Below are positions 25,652 to 36,542 of a DNA stretch of 64,000 bases, in pieces. Source of the DNA: Macrostomum lignano (taxonomy: Eukaryota); NCBI GenBank assembly GCA_002269645.1, contig NIVC01001500.1:186001-250000 (forward strand), given 5' to 3'. The first letter of the stretch is position 1; each line of letters opens with the position of its first letter. Below the pieces are notes generated by a model. It was not told the DNA's origin. It did no database searches and saw nothing but the letters and a program-made list of their open reading frames with translations. The position numbers were made by a program, and so were the translations under genes.

Positions 25652-25990
25652 TTAATCGTCGATATCTCGCAAAACAACAACCCTTTCTTTCTTTTTAGAC
25701 TCGTTGGACTTTAACTCGAACGCATACAAAATAAATCTGTAGTTGTAATTTATTTTTTCGATTTGTTTCTCGAAATAATTGTTAGAAATATAAAGCTCTT
25801 TTGTGTTTTCTATCTGGAAAATATAGCGCATGCGGTTCCTAAACTTCTTTCTCCCTTGTGCAACAACAAAATATACTCCTGGTGGAAGGGATTCTAATCT
25901 TTTGCAGTTTTGTGTTATTAACTTACATTGGAGTTGTTTTAATATCCAATCTTGGGGGACATCTTTATCGAACTCGTGGATGGTATCCAT
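25652..25990 (-). CDS. Element ORF-E, 112 aa from the AAAAATGGA start (139 aa from the upstream ATG); single copy; homologous to the ORF-B C-terminus
   Basis: CKRLESL..G..RNRMRYIF..SN..KKERV versus ORF-B CKHIEEL..G..RNKTRYIF..SN..KKERSV. Confidence 0.75.
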   Translation of the reverse strand: MDTIHEFDKDVPQDWILKQLQCKLITQNCKRLESLPPGVYFVVAQGRKKFRNRMRYIFQIENTKELYISNNYFEKQIEKINYNYRFILYAFELKSNESKKKERVVVLRDIDD

Positions 25991-26019
25991 TTTTTTATTA
26001 TTAAAATATATTATGTAAA

Positions 26020-26418
26020 ATGGAAGATAATGTTGTGCATGTAGTAACTTTACATCCTTTGGTAGCTCCAAATATTAATACTAAAAAAGACTGCTTTTAT
26101 GTAACTAAAGAAAAGCTTTCTTTAAAAAGATTCTACTTAAAAGATAACGTGGAGGATATAAGAATATATCTTAAAAAACCAAAAATAAAGTGCGATGGTT
26201 GCTATCCTTATGGTGTTTGGCTTGTTAAGATATATGTTAGAAAATTAGTTGGTCTCCCACACATACCGATGCCTCCAGCGTTGTTGGGTGTGGAGGAGTT
26301 CGAAGATGGGAAAGTTATGTCGACTATTAGCAGTGTGGATATAATTAGTGTGGAAGAAACATTTAAGGTTACACCACTAATTAATAAAAAAAATAAAGTT
26401 ATGGATCTGTTGGTGTAA
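26020..26418 (+). CDS. Element ORF-C, 132 aa, complete copy; unknown function
   Basis: AAAATGGA start; the upstream motif is shared with ORF-D. Confidence 0.75.
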   Translation: MEDNVVHVVTLHPLVAPNINTKKDCFYVTKEKLSLKRFYLKDNVEDIRIYLKKPKIKCDGCYPYGVWLVKIYVRKLVGLPHIPMPPALLGVEEFEDGKVMSTISSVDIISVEETFKVTPLINKKNKVMDLLV

Positions 26419-26479
26419 AAGACAAGCTTGGTGTGTTGCAAAATAAACAAATTTTATAATAAAAAATATATTGTAAAAA

Positions 26480-26881
26480 ATGGATCGAGGATTAATCCAT
26501 AAAGTTATTTTGGATGCGAACTCCTGTCCATCTACCAAGGATGTAATATTTTATGTAACTAAAGAAGAATTAAATGTAGAGGATAAAATTCTTTTTAAAA
26601 TGGACTCTCTCCAAGATATAAATGTGTATACGCGGATGTCTAAAAAGCATGGATATCCTTGTTACCCCTATGCTATTTATTTAATTAATAATTATATAAG
26701 AAACCTACTTGCCCTTCCAACAATTAGCATGCCAATGTATATGCAGGACGAGTTCGATGCTCGCAAAGCTACATCCGTGGTTAAAAATGTGGAAATTATT
26801 AATTTAGATAGTTTAAGAAGTTGTTGTTTAAAAGATAAAGATGTTGTAAAACAAAACTTAAATAATTTAATTTGTGTATAA
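26480..26881 (+). CDS. Element ORF-D, right-arm copy, 133 aa
   Basis: Mirror of 24442-24843. Confidence 0.75.
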   Translation: MDRGLIHKVILDANSCPSTKDVIFYVTKEELNVEDKILFKMDSLQDINVYTRMSKKHGYPCYPYAIYLINNYIRNLLALPTISMPMYMQDEFDARKATSVVKNVEIINLDSLRSCCLKDKDVVKQNLNNLICV

Positions 26882-27371
26882 ACATGTTTTTATTTGGATA
26901 TTTCGTATTTTGTATTTGTATTTGTGTTTGTAAAAAAATAAAAATATATTTATTGCTAAAGACTTACTAAATAAACACTTCTTTCCTTTTTTCGATTCTT
27001 GGTTATTTTATAATTAGCGACTGTTAAACGGAATTTATAATCGAGATTTAATCTTTGGTTTCTTATCTCTTCTTCCATAAACTCGTTGGATACAAATGGG
27101 TCTTCTTTTGTTGCTAGTTTAAAAATATATCGTTACCACAATGGTTGTAACGTTGTCCTCGAATTAAAAATGTGGAAATTATTAATTTAGATAGTTTAAG
27201 AAGTTGTTGTTTAAAAGATATAGAAGTTGTAAAACAAAACTTAAATAATTTAATTTAATTTGTGTATAAACATGTTTTTATTTTTTATTTGGATGTTTGG
27301 TATTCGCATTTCGCATTCTGTATTTGCATTTCGTATTTGGTATTCGCATTTGTAAAAAAATAAAAATATAT

Positions 27372-30304
27372 TTATTGCAAAAGACTTACTAAATAAACAC
27401 TTCTTTCCTTTTTTCGATTTTTGGTTATTTTATAATTAGCGACTGTTAAATGGAATTTATAATCGAGATTTAATCTTTGCTTTCTTATCTCTTCTTCCAT
27501 AAACTCGTTGGATACAAATGGGTCTTCTTTTGTTGCTAGTTTAAAAATATATCGTGTTTTATTTCTATGTATCGTAACCATAATGGTTGTAACGTTGTCC
27601 TCGAATCCATCTTCTAGTTCCTCTATATGTTTACAATGTGCTACTTTTATATTGTTTAGTATACTTTTGTCCTCCATTTCTAAAATATTTCTTACCGCGC
27701 GTGCACCTTGTATATCTTCTTTTTTAATAATTTCTTCGTTAAGATCGTTGTAATTGGTTTTAAACCCATCGATTGCTGTAAACGTGTTTCCTTTGTAAGA
27801 GATTTGTTTACCTGTTGTTATGTTTAGAATTGTTGTGTTTAGGATATAGACTATAGCAACATTTCGCTTATATTTATTAGTGTATGTAAAATGTCCAAAC
27901 GTTGTTTCCTTATCTAATATTTTATTTTTATAGAAGTTAATAAATTTTTGTTTATTAATACCTTTAAGATAAAATGGTTTTAATTCCCCATCCGCCATTT
28001 TAGCCATTAATAACACAATTGGATATTTTATGTCGAGGTTAAAGTGTGCAGCAATTATCTCGTATTTTGTGTTTTCTTTAAAATTGTCTGGTTCTAATTT
28101 AAATGCTGCGCATAAATCCTTAATGTATTTAGCATGGTCGACTTCTTTCTTGTTTTTTTCTATATATGTTTGTATTACTTTTCTTTGTTTTGCAATAGTA
28201 ATAGTTTTCTGGTGCTCTTGTTCTACAGCTTCTAATTCTTCTGCAATCTTTGCAAGTGGTTTTAAGAATGGGGTTGTTATATTATTAATCTCTGTAAATT
28301 TGTAAATTGGGGGTGCTGTGGCATTCTTTCTAACTCTTAACACTTCTGGTTTTATATTTTCTGTGCTAATTAATCCCAGCTCTTCTATATTAACATCTTT
28401 TGGAATTTTTGCATAAAGCGATGTGCTCTGTGTAAAAAATGTTTTTCCTTGCTTTAAAAATGTTTTATGTGTGCAATTAACGATGGCTTTATTTTTTGGG
28501 TCTTGTTCCAATAGGAGGACATTAATGGGGAGCTGGTTATAACTACATGCTGCGATTGCATAATTTAAAAAACTCTCTTTATGCTCTTCTGTTTTATCCA
28601 CAAGCTTTATCTGTGTACCAATTATCTTACTCGTTAAGGAATTGCCATAATAAGCTATTTGTAAAAAGTCTGGAGATTTAACTATGCAAGAATTAACTAT
28701 CTCGTTAGAAATTTTACTCCACATTTTAGTAAAGGATACGGAATAAAATTGTAGATATTGTAAATGTTCCTTTTGTTGCAATATAACATCCGTCGCATCT
28801 AATAATGGATTAAAGAGTCTGTTATTACCAAAGTAGTTATAATTATAAATTGTTGCTTCCAACCGTGTAAAACCATGCTCCTTAGCAAGTGGATTTAAGA
28901 ATGTTTCTTTTAATCGTTTATCTGGACAGTTAATAAAATTATAAATGTTATTACCAAGAGTCTTTGTTACTCCTCCGGATGTTAGTTGGCAGACAAATTT
29001 ATTATATATCTTTATCCGACAATTAGAGTATAACCAAGTAAGGCAGTCCCTTCCAACAGTTCTATCGTTAGAAACTATTTTGTACTCGTTAGAAAAGATG
29101 GCACTAAGTGTGTCCATCGCCTCGTATTTATTAAAAATACCATTTAAATCTTGTGTTATATCGAAGTCCAACAAATAGTAATAGTCTTGCTTAAGATGTT
29201 CTAATAATTGTGGTAATTTATTTAAAAGTTCTTTTAATTGTATGTCTGCTAATTCTACCTTGTAGGTAACTCCAACATAATCCTTTCCAAAGTTTGCATT
29301 AATTCTGTCCATGTCTTTTGCGATAACCTTTCTAATTCCTGCAATCGTCTGCTGGTTAATCGAATCCTCGTGGTGTTGGTATGTAAATTTAGTGCTTGTT
29401 TTGCCTTTACAGAATGTGGTTGTGTTACAAAATCGCGAAAGGCGTCTCGAATAATCGAATTGTAGGCTCCAGTTAGTTGTTCGGTAATTAAAAATCTGGT
29501 TGGAATTACATCTCCTTCTTTGTAGTTTCTTATCGATCGTGCAGATGTTATTTTAATAAGCATTATATTATCGCAAAATATATCGGTTAATGCTACTTGG
29601 TCTTTTAGTTTTGGTTCTTTATATGTGTAGTCGATTTTACCGACGTCGGATAAAAGGTTATTTTGCTTTAGGTTTTCGATTAGTAATTTGTGCCCTATTC
29701 TCTCGAGCAGGGTTTTATCGGTTCCAGATCTAAGTCCAAAAGCTTTGGGGTCGATTTGGTTTTTCTCTAGTGGGCGTGTTGGTTCTATTGGTTGCTGTGT
29801 TGGTTCTATTGGTTGCTGTGTTGGTTCTGTTGGTTGCTGTGTTGGTTCTGTTGGTTGCTCTATTTCTTCGTCGGAGTCTTCGTCGGAGTCTTCGTCGGAG
29901 CGATCTTCTATTTCCTCTGTTTCCTCCATGCTATCTTCTATATCTATTATTAGTTCCTCTAGTTCCTCGTTGGAATCGTCTGGAATAAGTTTGCTAATCT
30001 TTGTAAGATAATTAGTACCTATTTCTAGCATTTCCTTTAGAAGAGTAATATCTCTTGTTATGGTTGCCATCGATATGGAACATAACCACGTGTTTATCCC
30101 ATCTAATATATTAATATTATTAATATCCTTTAGCTGTTTATCGATTAAAACATTTAAATTATATATATTTTTTTCTATTTGTGGCTCTATGGTGTAATGC
30201 GATATAGAGATATCTATTAACCTATTAATATTTATTATTTCTTTTTTTATGGAATGTAGTAAGATTTTGTCGAATTGGTTTTCGCTAAAATTATTTGTGT
30301 CCAT
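27372..30304 (-). pseudogene. Right-arm copy of ORF-B, split by a 1-bp deletion at ~29372
   Basis: Left ACCAACACCCACGAGG versus right ACCAACACCACGAGG; gives 357-aa and 646-aa ORFs. Could be a homopolymer sequencing error. Confidence 0.75.
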
Positions 30305-30338
30305 TTTTATAGATAAAAAAATTAACAATTTCTTATTT

Positions 30339-30998
30339 TTAGATATCTGTTTCCTCCGGTGTTGGTAGAAGGCTGTTAATATCTTCTACTATTTCTTTTA
30401 GTAATTTAATATTATTATGTAGAAATATAAGATCTTCTTTAACTTTATTTCTTATCTCCTTCGGGTCGTACCGTAAGTTCGCAGCGTTTGTCCTATCGGG
30501 CGAAGGCCGCGACCCTTCGGGGCGATCGTTTGTAAAAGTAAGTAAATAATTAACCATTTGTTTAATCTGTTGGAGCTTAGTACCATATTGTATGGTTGTA
30601 ATAATTCCCGCTTTATATAAACTTAAAGATTCTTTATAAATTCTTTTTTGTCTTTCTGCTTCCGTTTGGACTTTTTCTTTCTTTTCTTTTTCTCTAATTT
30701 TAATAACATATTGGTTAGTTGTAGACCATAATTCTGTTAACAGATATATGCTGTTATTTAATATTGCAATATCTAAGCCCTCCATCCAGTCTTCTAAACC
30801 ATCTGGAATTTGCTTCTGCATCTCTGTATTGTTTTTTAATAATGTACTTAACTCTTTTAGAGATTGTGGTAGTTGTGGCAAAATGCGATTGCAGTCTATC
30901 GATCCTTCGATGGTGGCCTTTATTTTTTTTATTGCTCTTTTTAACATTTTTAAAGTGTGTTTATCGCAGTGGTTACCGCCAAAATTATCTCTGTCCAT
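30339..30998 (-). CDS. Element ORF-A, right-arm copy, 219 aa
   Basis: Same translation as 20324-20983. Confidence 0.8.
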   Translation of the reverse strand: MDRDNFGGNHCDKHTLKMLKRAIKKIKATIEGSIDCNRILPQLPQSLKELSTLLKNNTEMQKQIPDGLEDWMEGLDIAILNNSIYLLTELWSTTNQYVIKIREKEKKEKVQTEAERQKRIYKESLSLYKAGIITTIQYGTKLQQIKQMVNYLLTFTNDRPEGSRPSPDRTNAANLRYDPKEIRNKVKEDLIFLHNNIKLLKEIVEDINSLLPTPEETDI

Positions 30999-31042
30999 TT
31001 TTATGGAAAAAAATTTAAAGTTTTAGAGGTAGTATGGTTTCC

Positions 31043-32847
31043 GGTTGCTATTGTGGATTCCGGTTGCTGTTATGGATTCCGGTTGCTGTTATGGATTCCG
31101 GTTGCTATTGTGGATTCCGGTTGCTATTGTGGATTCCGGTTGCTGTTATGGATTCCGGTTGCTGTTATGGATTCCGGTTTCTGTTATGGATTCCGGGTTC
31201 TGTTATGGATTTTGGTTTTTGTTATGGATTTCGGTTGCTATTGTGGATTCTGGTTTCTATTGTGGATTCCGGTTTCTGTTATGGATTCCGGTTTTTGTTA
31301 TGGATTCCGATTACTAATATGGCTTCCGGTTTCTGTTATGGATTCCGGGTTCTGTTATGGATTTTGGTTTTTGTTATGGATTTTGGTTGCTATTGTGGAT
31401 TCCGGTTTCTGTTATGGATTCCGGTTTTTGTTATGGATTCCGATTACTAATATGGCTTCCGGTTTCTGTTATGGATTTTGGTTGGTGTTATGGATTCCGG
31501 GTTCTGTTATGGATTCCGGTTTCTGTTATGGATTCCGGGTTCTGTTATGGATTCCGGTTTCTGTTATGGATTCCGGTTTCTGTTGTGGATTCCGGTTTCT
31601 GTTATGGATTCCGGTTTCTATTATGGATTCCGGTTTCTGTTATGGATTCCGGTTTTTGTTATGGATTCCGATTACTAATATGGCTTCCGGTTTCTGTTAT
31701 GGATTCCGGGTTCTGTTATGGATTCCGGTTTCTGTTATGGATTCCGGGTTCTGTTATGGATTCCGGGTTCTGTTATGGATTCCGGTTGCTATTGTGGATT
31801 CCGGTTGCTGTTATGGATTCCGATTACTAATATGGCTTCCGGTTTCTGTTATGGATTCCGGGTTCTGTTATGGATTCCGGTTTCTGTTATGGATTCCGGG
31901 TTCTGTTATGGATTCCGGTTTCTGTTATGGATTCCGGTTTCTGTTATGGATTCCGGTTTCTGTTATGGATTCCGGTTTCTATTATGGATTCCGGTTTCTG
32001 TTATGGATTCCGGTTGCTGTTATGGATTTTGGTTGGTGTTATGGATTCCGGTTTTTGTTATGGATTCCGATTACTAATATGGCTTCCGGTTTCTGTTATG
32101 GATTTTGGTTGGTGTTATGGATTTTGGTTGGTGTTATGGATTCCGGTTGCTGTTATGGATTTTGGTTGGTGTTATGGATTTTGGTTGGTGTTATGGATTC
32201 CGGTTGCTGTTATGGATTCCGGTTGCTGTTATGGATTCCGGTTGCTGTTATGGATTCCGGTTGCTGTTATGGATTTCGGTTGCTATTGTGGATTTCGGTT
32301 GCTATTGTGGATTTCGGTTGCTATTGTGGATTTCGGTTGCTATTGTGGATTTCGGTTGCTATTGTGGATTTCGGTTGCTATTGTGGATTTCGGTTGCTAT
32401 TGTGGATTTCGGTTGCTATTGTGGATTTCGGTTGCTATTGTGGATTTCGGTTGCTATTGTGGATTTCGGTTGCTATTGTGGATTTCGGTTGCTATTGTGG
32501 ATTTCGGTTGCTATTGTGGATTTCGGTTGCTATTGTGGATTTCGGTTGCTATTGTGGATTTCGGTTGCTATTGTGGATTTCGGTTGCTATTGTGGATTTC
32601 GGTTGCTATTGTGGATTTCGGTTGCTATTGTGGATTTCGGTTGCTATTGTGGATTTCGGTTGCTATTGTGGATTTCGGTTGCTATTGTGGATTTCGGTTG
32701 CTATTGTGGATTTCGGTTGCTATTGTGGATTTCGGTTGCTATTGTGGATTTCGGTTGCTATTGTGGATTTCGGTTGCTATTGTGGATTTCGGTTGCTATT
32801 GTGGATTTCGGTTGCTATTGTGGATTTCGGTTGCTATTGTGGATTTC
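31043..32847 (-). repeat. 19-bp tandem array, right arm, 95 units (30 identical distal units)
   Basis: 1805 bp = 95x19; homogeneous block 32278-32847. Confidence 0.97.
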
Positions 32848-33717
32848 GGTACGATCGAGCCGAAGGTTCGCGTGCCTATGGTGCGATTCTGTGGACGTTA
32901 GTTTGGAGCTTATGTGGAATTAATTATGGATTTATGTGTTATTTTTGTGGATTAAAAATTTTTGGATTTAGATATTGTTTTTTATGGAGGCTTTTTTAAT
33001 TTTCTTTTGCGATTTGTATGTTTTTATAACGATTTTAGCTGTTTTAAGACATTTTTGCTTTCGATATGGCAAATTTTGCTGTTTTTAAAATCGGTTTTTT
33101 TAAGCCTAAATTTTGCGATTTTTTGGTGTTTTTAGCGATTTTTAAGCCATTTTTGCTAATTTTAAGCTGTTTTTTAAACACCCAATTTCGCCGAAACTGA
33201 AAAGGGTGGGGGGTGTTAAGTGCATTATTTGATTAGATGTATTAATGGTGTTTAGATGTGTTTTTTTATTTACCCCCCGTGTCCCCCCTCTAGACCCTCA
33301 AAACGGTCATTAAAAAAGTGCTCTGGGTCCAGAAGCGTCTTTTTCTATACTACTTAAGTAGGTTGATATATTACATTCAAAATATAAACAAAAATGCTGT
33401 TCGTAGTAATACAAAATAAAACAAAAACACAGGATCGATGGGGAGAATGAGGAAAAGCAAACGGGAATACAAGACAATTGACGAACTTACCTAAAATGGC
33501 TGAAGCGCCTCGTCATCTAATTGAAAAAAAAACTCGCCACTCAGCATGCATAATGAAATGAAAATCAGCGAGATTGTTAAAAACAACTAAAATAATTAGC
33601 CGCTCAATCAGTCTGATCGGCGTTTTGTTTTTTTGTCGTCATTTTCCGAATTGCTCTCGACGACTTCGTTGACGGGACCAGCCTGGGCGGGGTCATTAGG
33701 AAATGGGATTGTGTTCA

Positions 33718-33868
33718 GATGAGATTCTATTCATAATGGGTGAGATTCTATTCATAATGGGTGAGATTCTATTCATAATGGGTGAGATTCTATTCATAAT
33801 GGGTGAAATTCTATTCATATTGGATGAGATTCTATTCATATTGGATGAGATTCTATTCATAATCGATG
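33718..33868. repeat. 21-bp tandem repeat, ~7 copies
   Basis: GAGATTCTATTCATAATGGGT units. Confidence 0.9.
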
Positions 33869-33886
33869 AATGAGCCGACAATTCAC

Positions 33887-34308
33887 CTGCCAAAGTCCAG
33901 ATATGCCACGTGGCCGTGAACCATCATTGGCTGCATCTCTCGCCAACCAGTGAGATTGTGCACCAGAGCCGCCTGATTGGCCAGCGTCAGCACGTGCTGA
34001 TTACGGCTGGTACTAATGTGAATCACGTGAATCTGGTTTGACCAGCACAGATCGTACGCCATGTTAACAAAACTTGTGCTGCCAGTTTTAGGTACCCGAT
34101 TGTAGACTATTAGACTTGGAATCGAACTTTTTGACTGTTGGATTGGCGAATTAAAGGTCTGTACAACTTGATGGGGCTGAGACTGAGGCTGCTCATCCAG
34201 ACGATTTCGGCTAAGGGTCACGATGAGCAGCAGACAAATCAGGCAGACGGCTGCCACAGGCCAACGCTGTCGCCAAACGAATGAACAGAAACGAACCATA
34301 GACGGCAT
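33887..34308 (-). CDS. HS2ST1: Heparan sulfate 2-O-sulfotransferase, first coding exon (TM anchor and 5'-PSB loop); downstream exons not found
   Basis: IVYNRVPKTGSTSFVNMAYDLC...HGHVAYLDFG followed by the donor AG|GTGAAT at 33886. Confidence 0.85.
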
Positions 34309-34530
34309 GATATCGGCTTTGTTTGTTTACGTGCACAAATATCTACTTTCAGTGTTGCAACTGAATAGTAGTAGAATATGTAATAACTACTATTCAGCTG
34401 TTATTCACATCCATGCAAAATTGAGAGAAATTTTATTACAAATATTTGTAAGCGACTGTCATTAGTATTAATCCTGTCATAAGACTATATAAATATTCCG
34501 AGTGTAAATGATATTATAATCCTATTAGAA

Positions 34531-36236
34531 TGGAATCGGCGCTAAAACTGTCACAGACTGTTGAATTCGGCGCTAAAACTGTCACAGACTGTTGAATTCG
34601 GCGCTAAAACTGTCACAGACTGTTGAATTCGGCGCTAAAACTGTCACAGACTGTTGAATTCGGCGCTAAAACTGTCACAGACTGTTGAATTCGGCGCTAA
34701 AACTATAAGAGACTGTTGGATTCGGCGCTAAAACTATTAGAGACTGTTGGATTCGGCGCTAAAACTATCAGAGACTGTTGGATTCGGCGCTAAAACTATT
34801 AGAGACTGTTAGAATCGGCGATAAGACAGCCACACACTGTTGGAATCGGCGCTAAAACTATCAAACTTTTGGAATCGGTGCTAAAACTATCAGACTGTTG
34901 GATTCGGTGCTAAAACTGTCAGAGACTGTTAGAATCGGCGCTAAAACTATCAGACTGTTGGATTCGGTGCTAAAACTGTCAGAGACTGTTAAAAATCGGC
35001 GCTAAAACTATCAGAGACTGTTGGATTCGGCGCTAAAACTATCAGACTGTTGGATTCGGTGCTAAAACTATCAGACTGTTGGATTCGGCGCTAAAACTGT
35101 CAGAGACTGTTAGAATCGGCGCTAAAACTATCAGACTGTTGGATTCGGTGCTAAAACTGTCAGAGACTGTTAGAATCGGCGCTAAAACTATCAGAGACTG
35201 TTGGATTCGGCGCTAAAACTATCAGACTGTTGGATTCGGTGCTAAAACTGTCAGAGACTGTTAGAATCGGCGCTAAAACTATCAGACTGTTGGATTCGGT
35301 GCTAAAACTGTCAGAGACTGTTAGAATCGGCGCTAAAACTATCAGAGACTGTTGGATTCGGCGCTAAAACTATCAGACTGTTGGATTCGGTGCTAAAACT
35401 ATCAGACTGTTGGATTCGGTGCTAAAACTGTCAGAGACTGTTAGAATCGGCGCTAAAACTATCAGAGACTGTTGGATTCGGCGCTAAAACTATTAGACTG
35501 TTGGATTCGGTGCTAAAACTATCAGACTGTTGGATTCGGCGCTAAAACTATCAGACTGTTGGATTCGGTGCTAAAACTATCAGACTGTTGGATTCGGCGC
35601 TAAAACTATCAGACTGTTGGAATCGGTGCTAAAACTGTCAGACTGTTGGATTCGGTGCTAAAACTATCAGACTGTTGGATTCGGCGCTAAAACTATCAGA
35701 CTGTTGGAATCGGTGCTAAAACTATCAGACTGTTGGAATCGGCGCTAAAACTATCAGACTGTTGGATTCGGTGCTAAAACTGTCAGAGACTGTTAGAATC
35801 GGCGCTAAAACTATCAGAGACTGTTGGATTCGGCGCTAAAACTATCAGACTGTTGGATTCGGTGCTAAAACTATCAGACTGTTGGATTCGGTGCTAAAAC
35901 TATCAGACTGTTGGAATCGGTGCTAAACTGTCAGAGACTGTTAGAATCGGCGCTAAAACTATCAGAGACTGTTGGATTCGGCGCTAAAACTATTAGAGAC
36001 TGTTAGAATCGGCGCTAAAACTATCAGAGACTGTTAGAATCGGCGCTAAAACTATTAGAGACTGTTAGAATCGGCGCTAAAACTGTTAGAGACTGTTAGA
36101 ATCGGCGCTAAAACTGACAGGCCGTTGGATTCGGCGCTAAAACTATCAGACTGTTGGAATTGGCGCTAAAACAGCCACACACTGTTGGAATCGGCGCTAA
36201 AACAGCCAGACTGTTGGAATCGGCGCTAAAACTGTT
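34531..36236. repeat. 29/31-bp minisatellite
   Basis: GGATTCGGCGCTAAAACTATCA(GA)GACTGTT variants. Confidence 0.97.
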
Positions 36237-36542
36237 ATGAACCGTCGGTTTAGTTTTCTAGACTAATATTTAAGGTGCTGTAGATGTTTATGAAAGTAAC
36301 AATGAACAAAATAACTGGAACTTGCAGCTAACTGCACTGTTAATATATTAACAAGCTGCACTATTTTAACATAAAATTAACACAGACAACAAAAAACCTG
36401 TTGTAGGGATACTTGCAACAGCATCGCAAACATATTAACACAAGGAGCAACTAAGCAGAAATAAATACAAACAAGCCCGTTGGGAATCACAGTAAAAGCC
36501 AGCGGCAATCAAGAGTATTCGATGCTAGTCTTAACTCAGTGC

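Larger units (their letters stand above)
17852..33356. mobile_element. 15.5-kb palindromic virus/plasmid-like element: arms 17852-25247 and 26076-33356, unique spacer 25248-26075; unassigned family
   Basis: Mirror ORFs have constant coordinate sums (51322/51323 inside the arrays, 51208 outside). Symmetry stops sharply at both ends. TAAGTAGGT occurs at 17840-17848 and 33355-33363. Confidence 0.92.

Noticed and set aside
25359-25714. 95-aa and 106-aa F/Y/I-rich ORFs
   Set aside because: Translations of the TTTTATA low-complexity tract
17852-33356. Palindrome as a missed-adapter or amplification chimera
   Set aside because: Disfavoured because symmetry stops at the element ends, the flanks differ and carry a TSD-like repeat, there is an 828-bp unique spacer, and the arms differ in substitutions and unit counts. 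Read-level confirmation is still needed.
33490-33516. Possible 26-bp HS2ST micro-exon (AG...GTAAG on minus)
   Set aside because: Splicing to exon 1 gives AGA TGA, an immediate stop, with no HS2ST similarity
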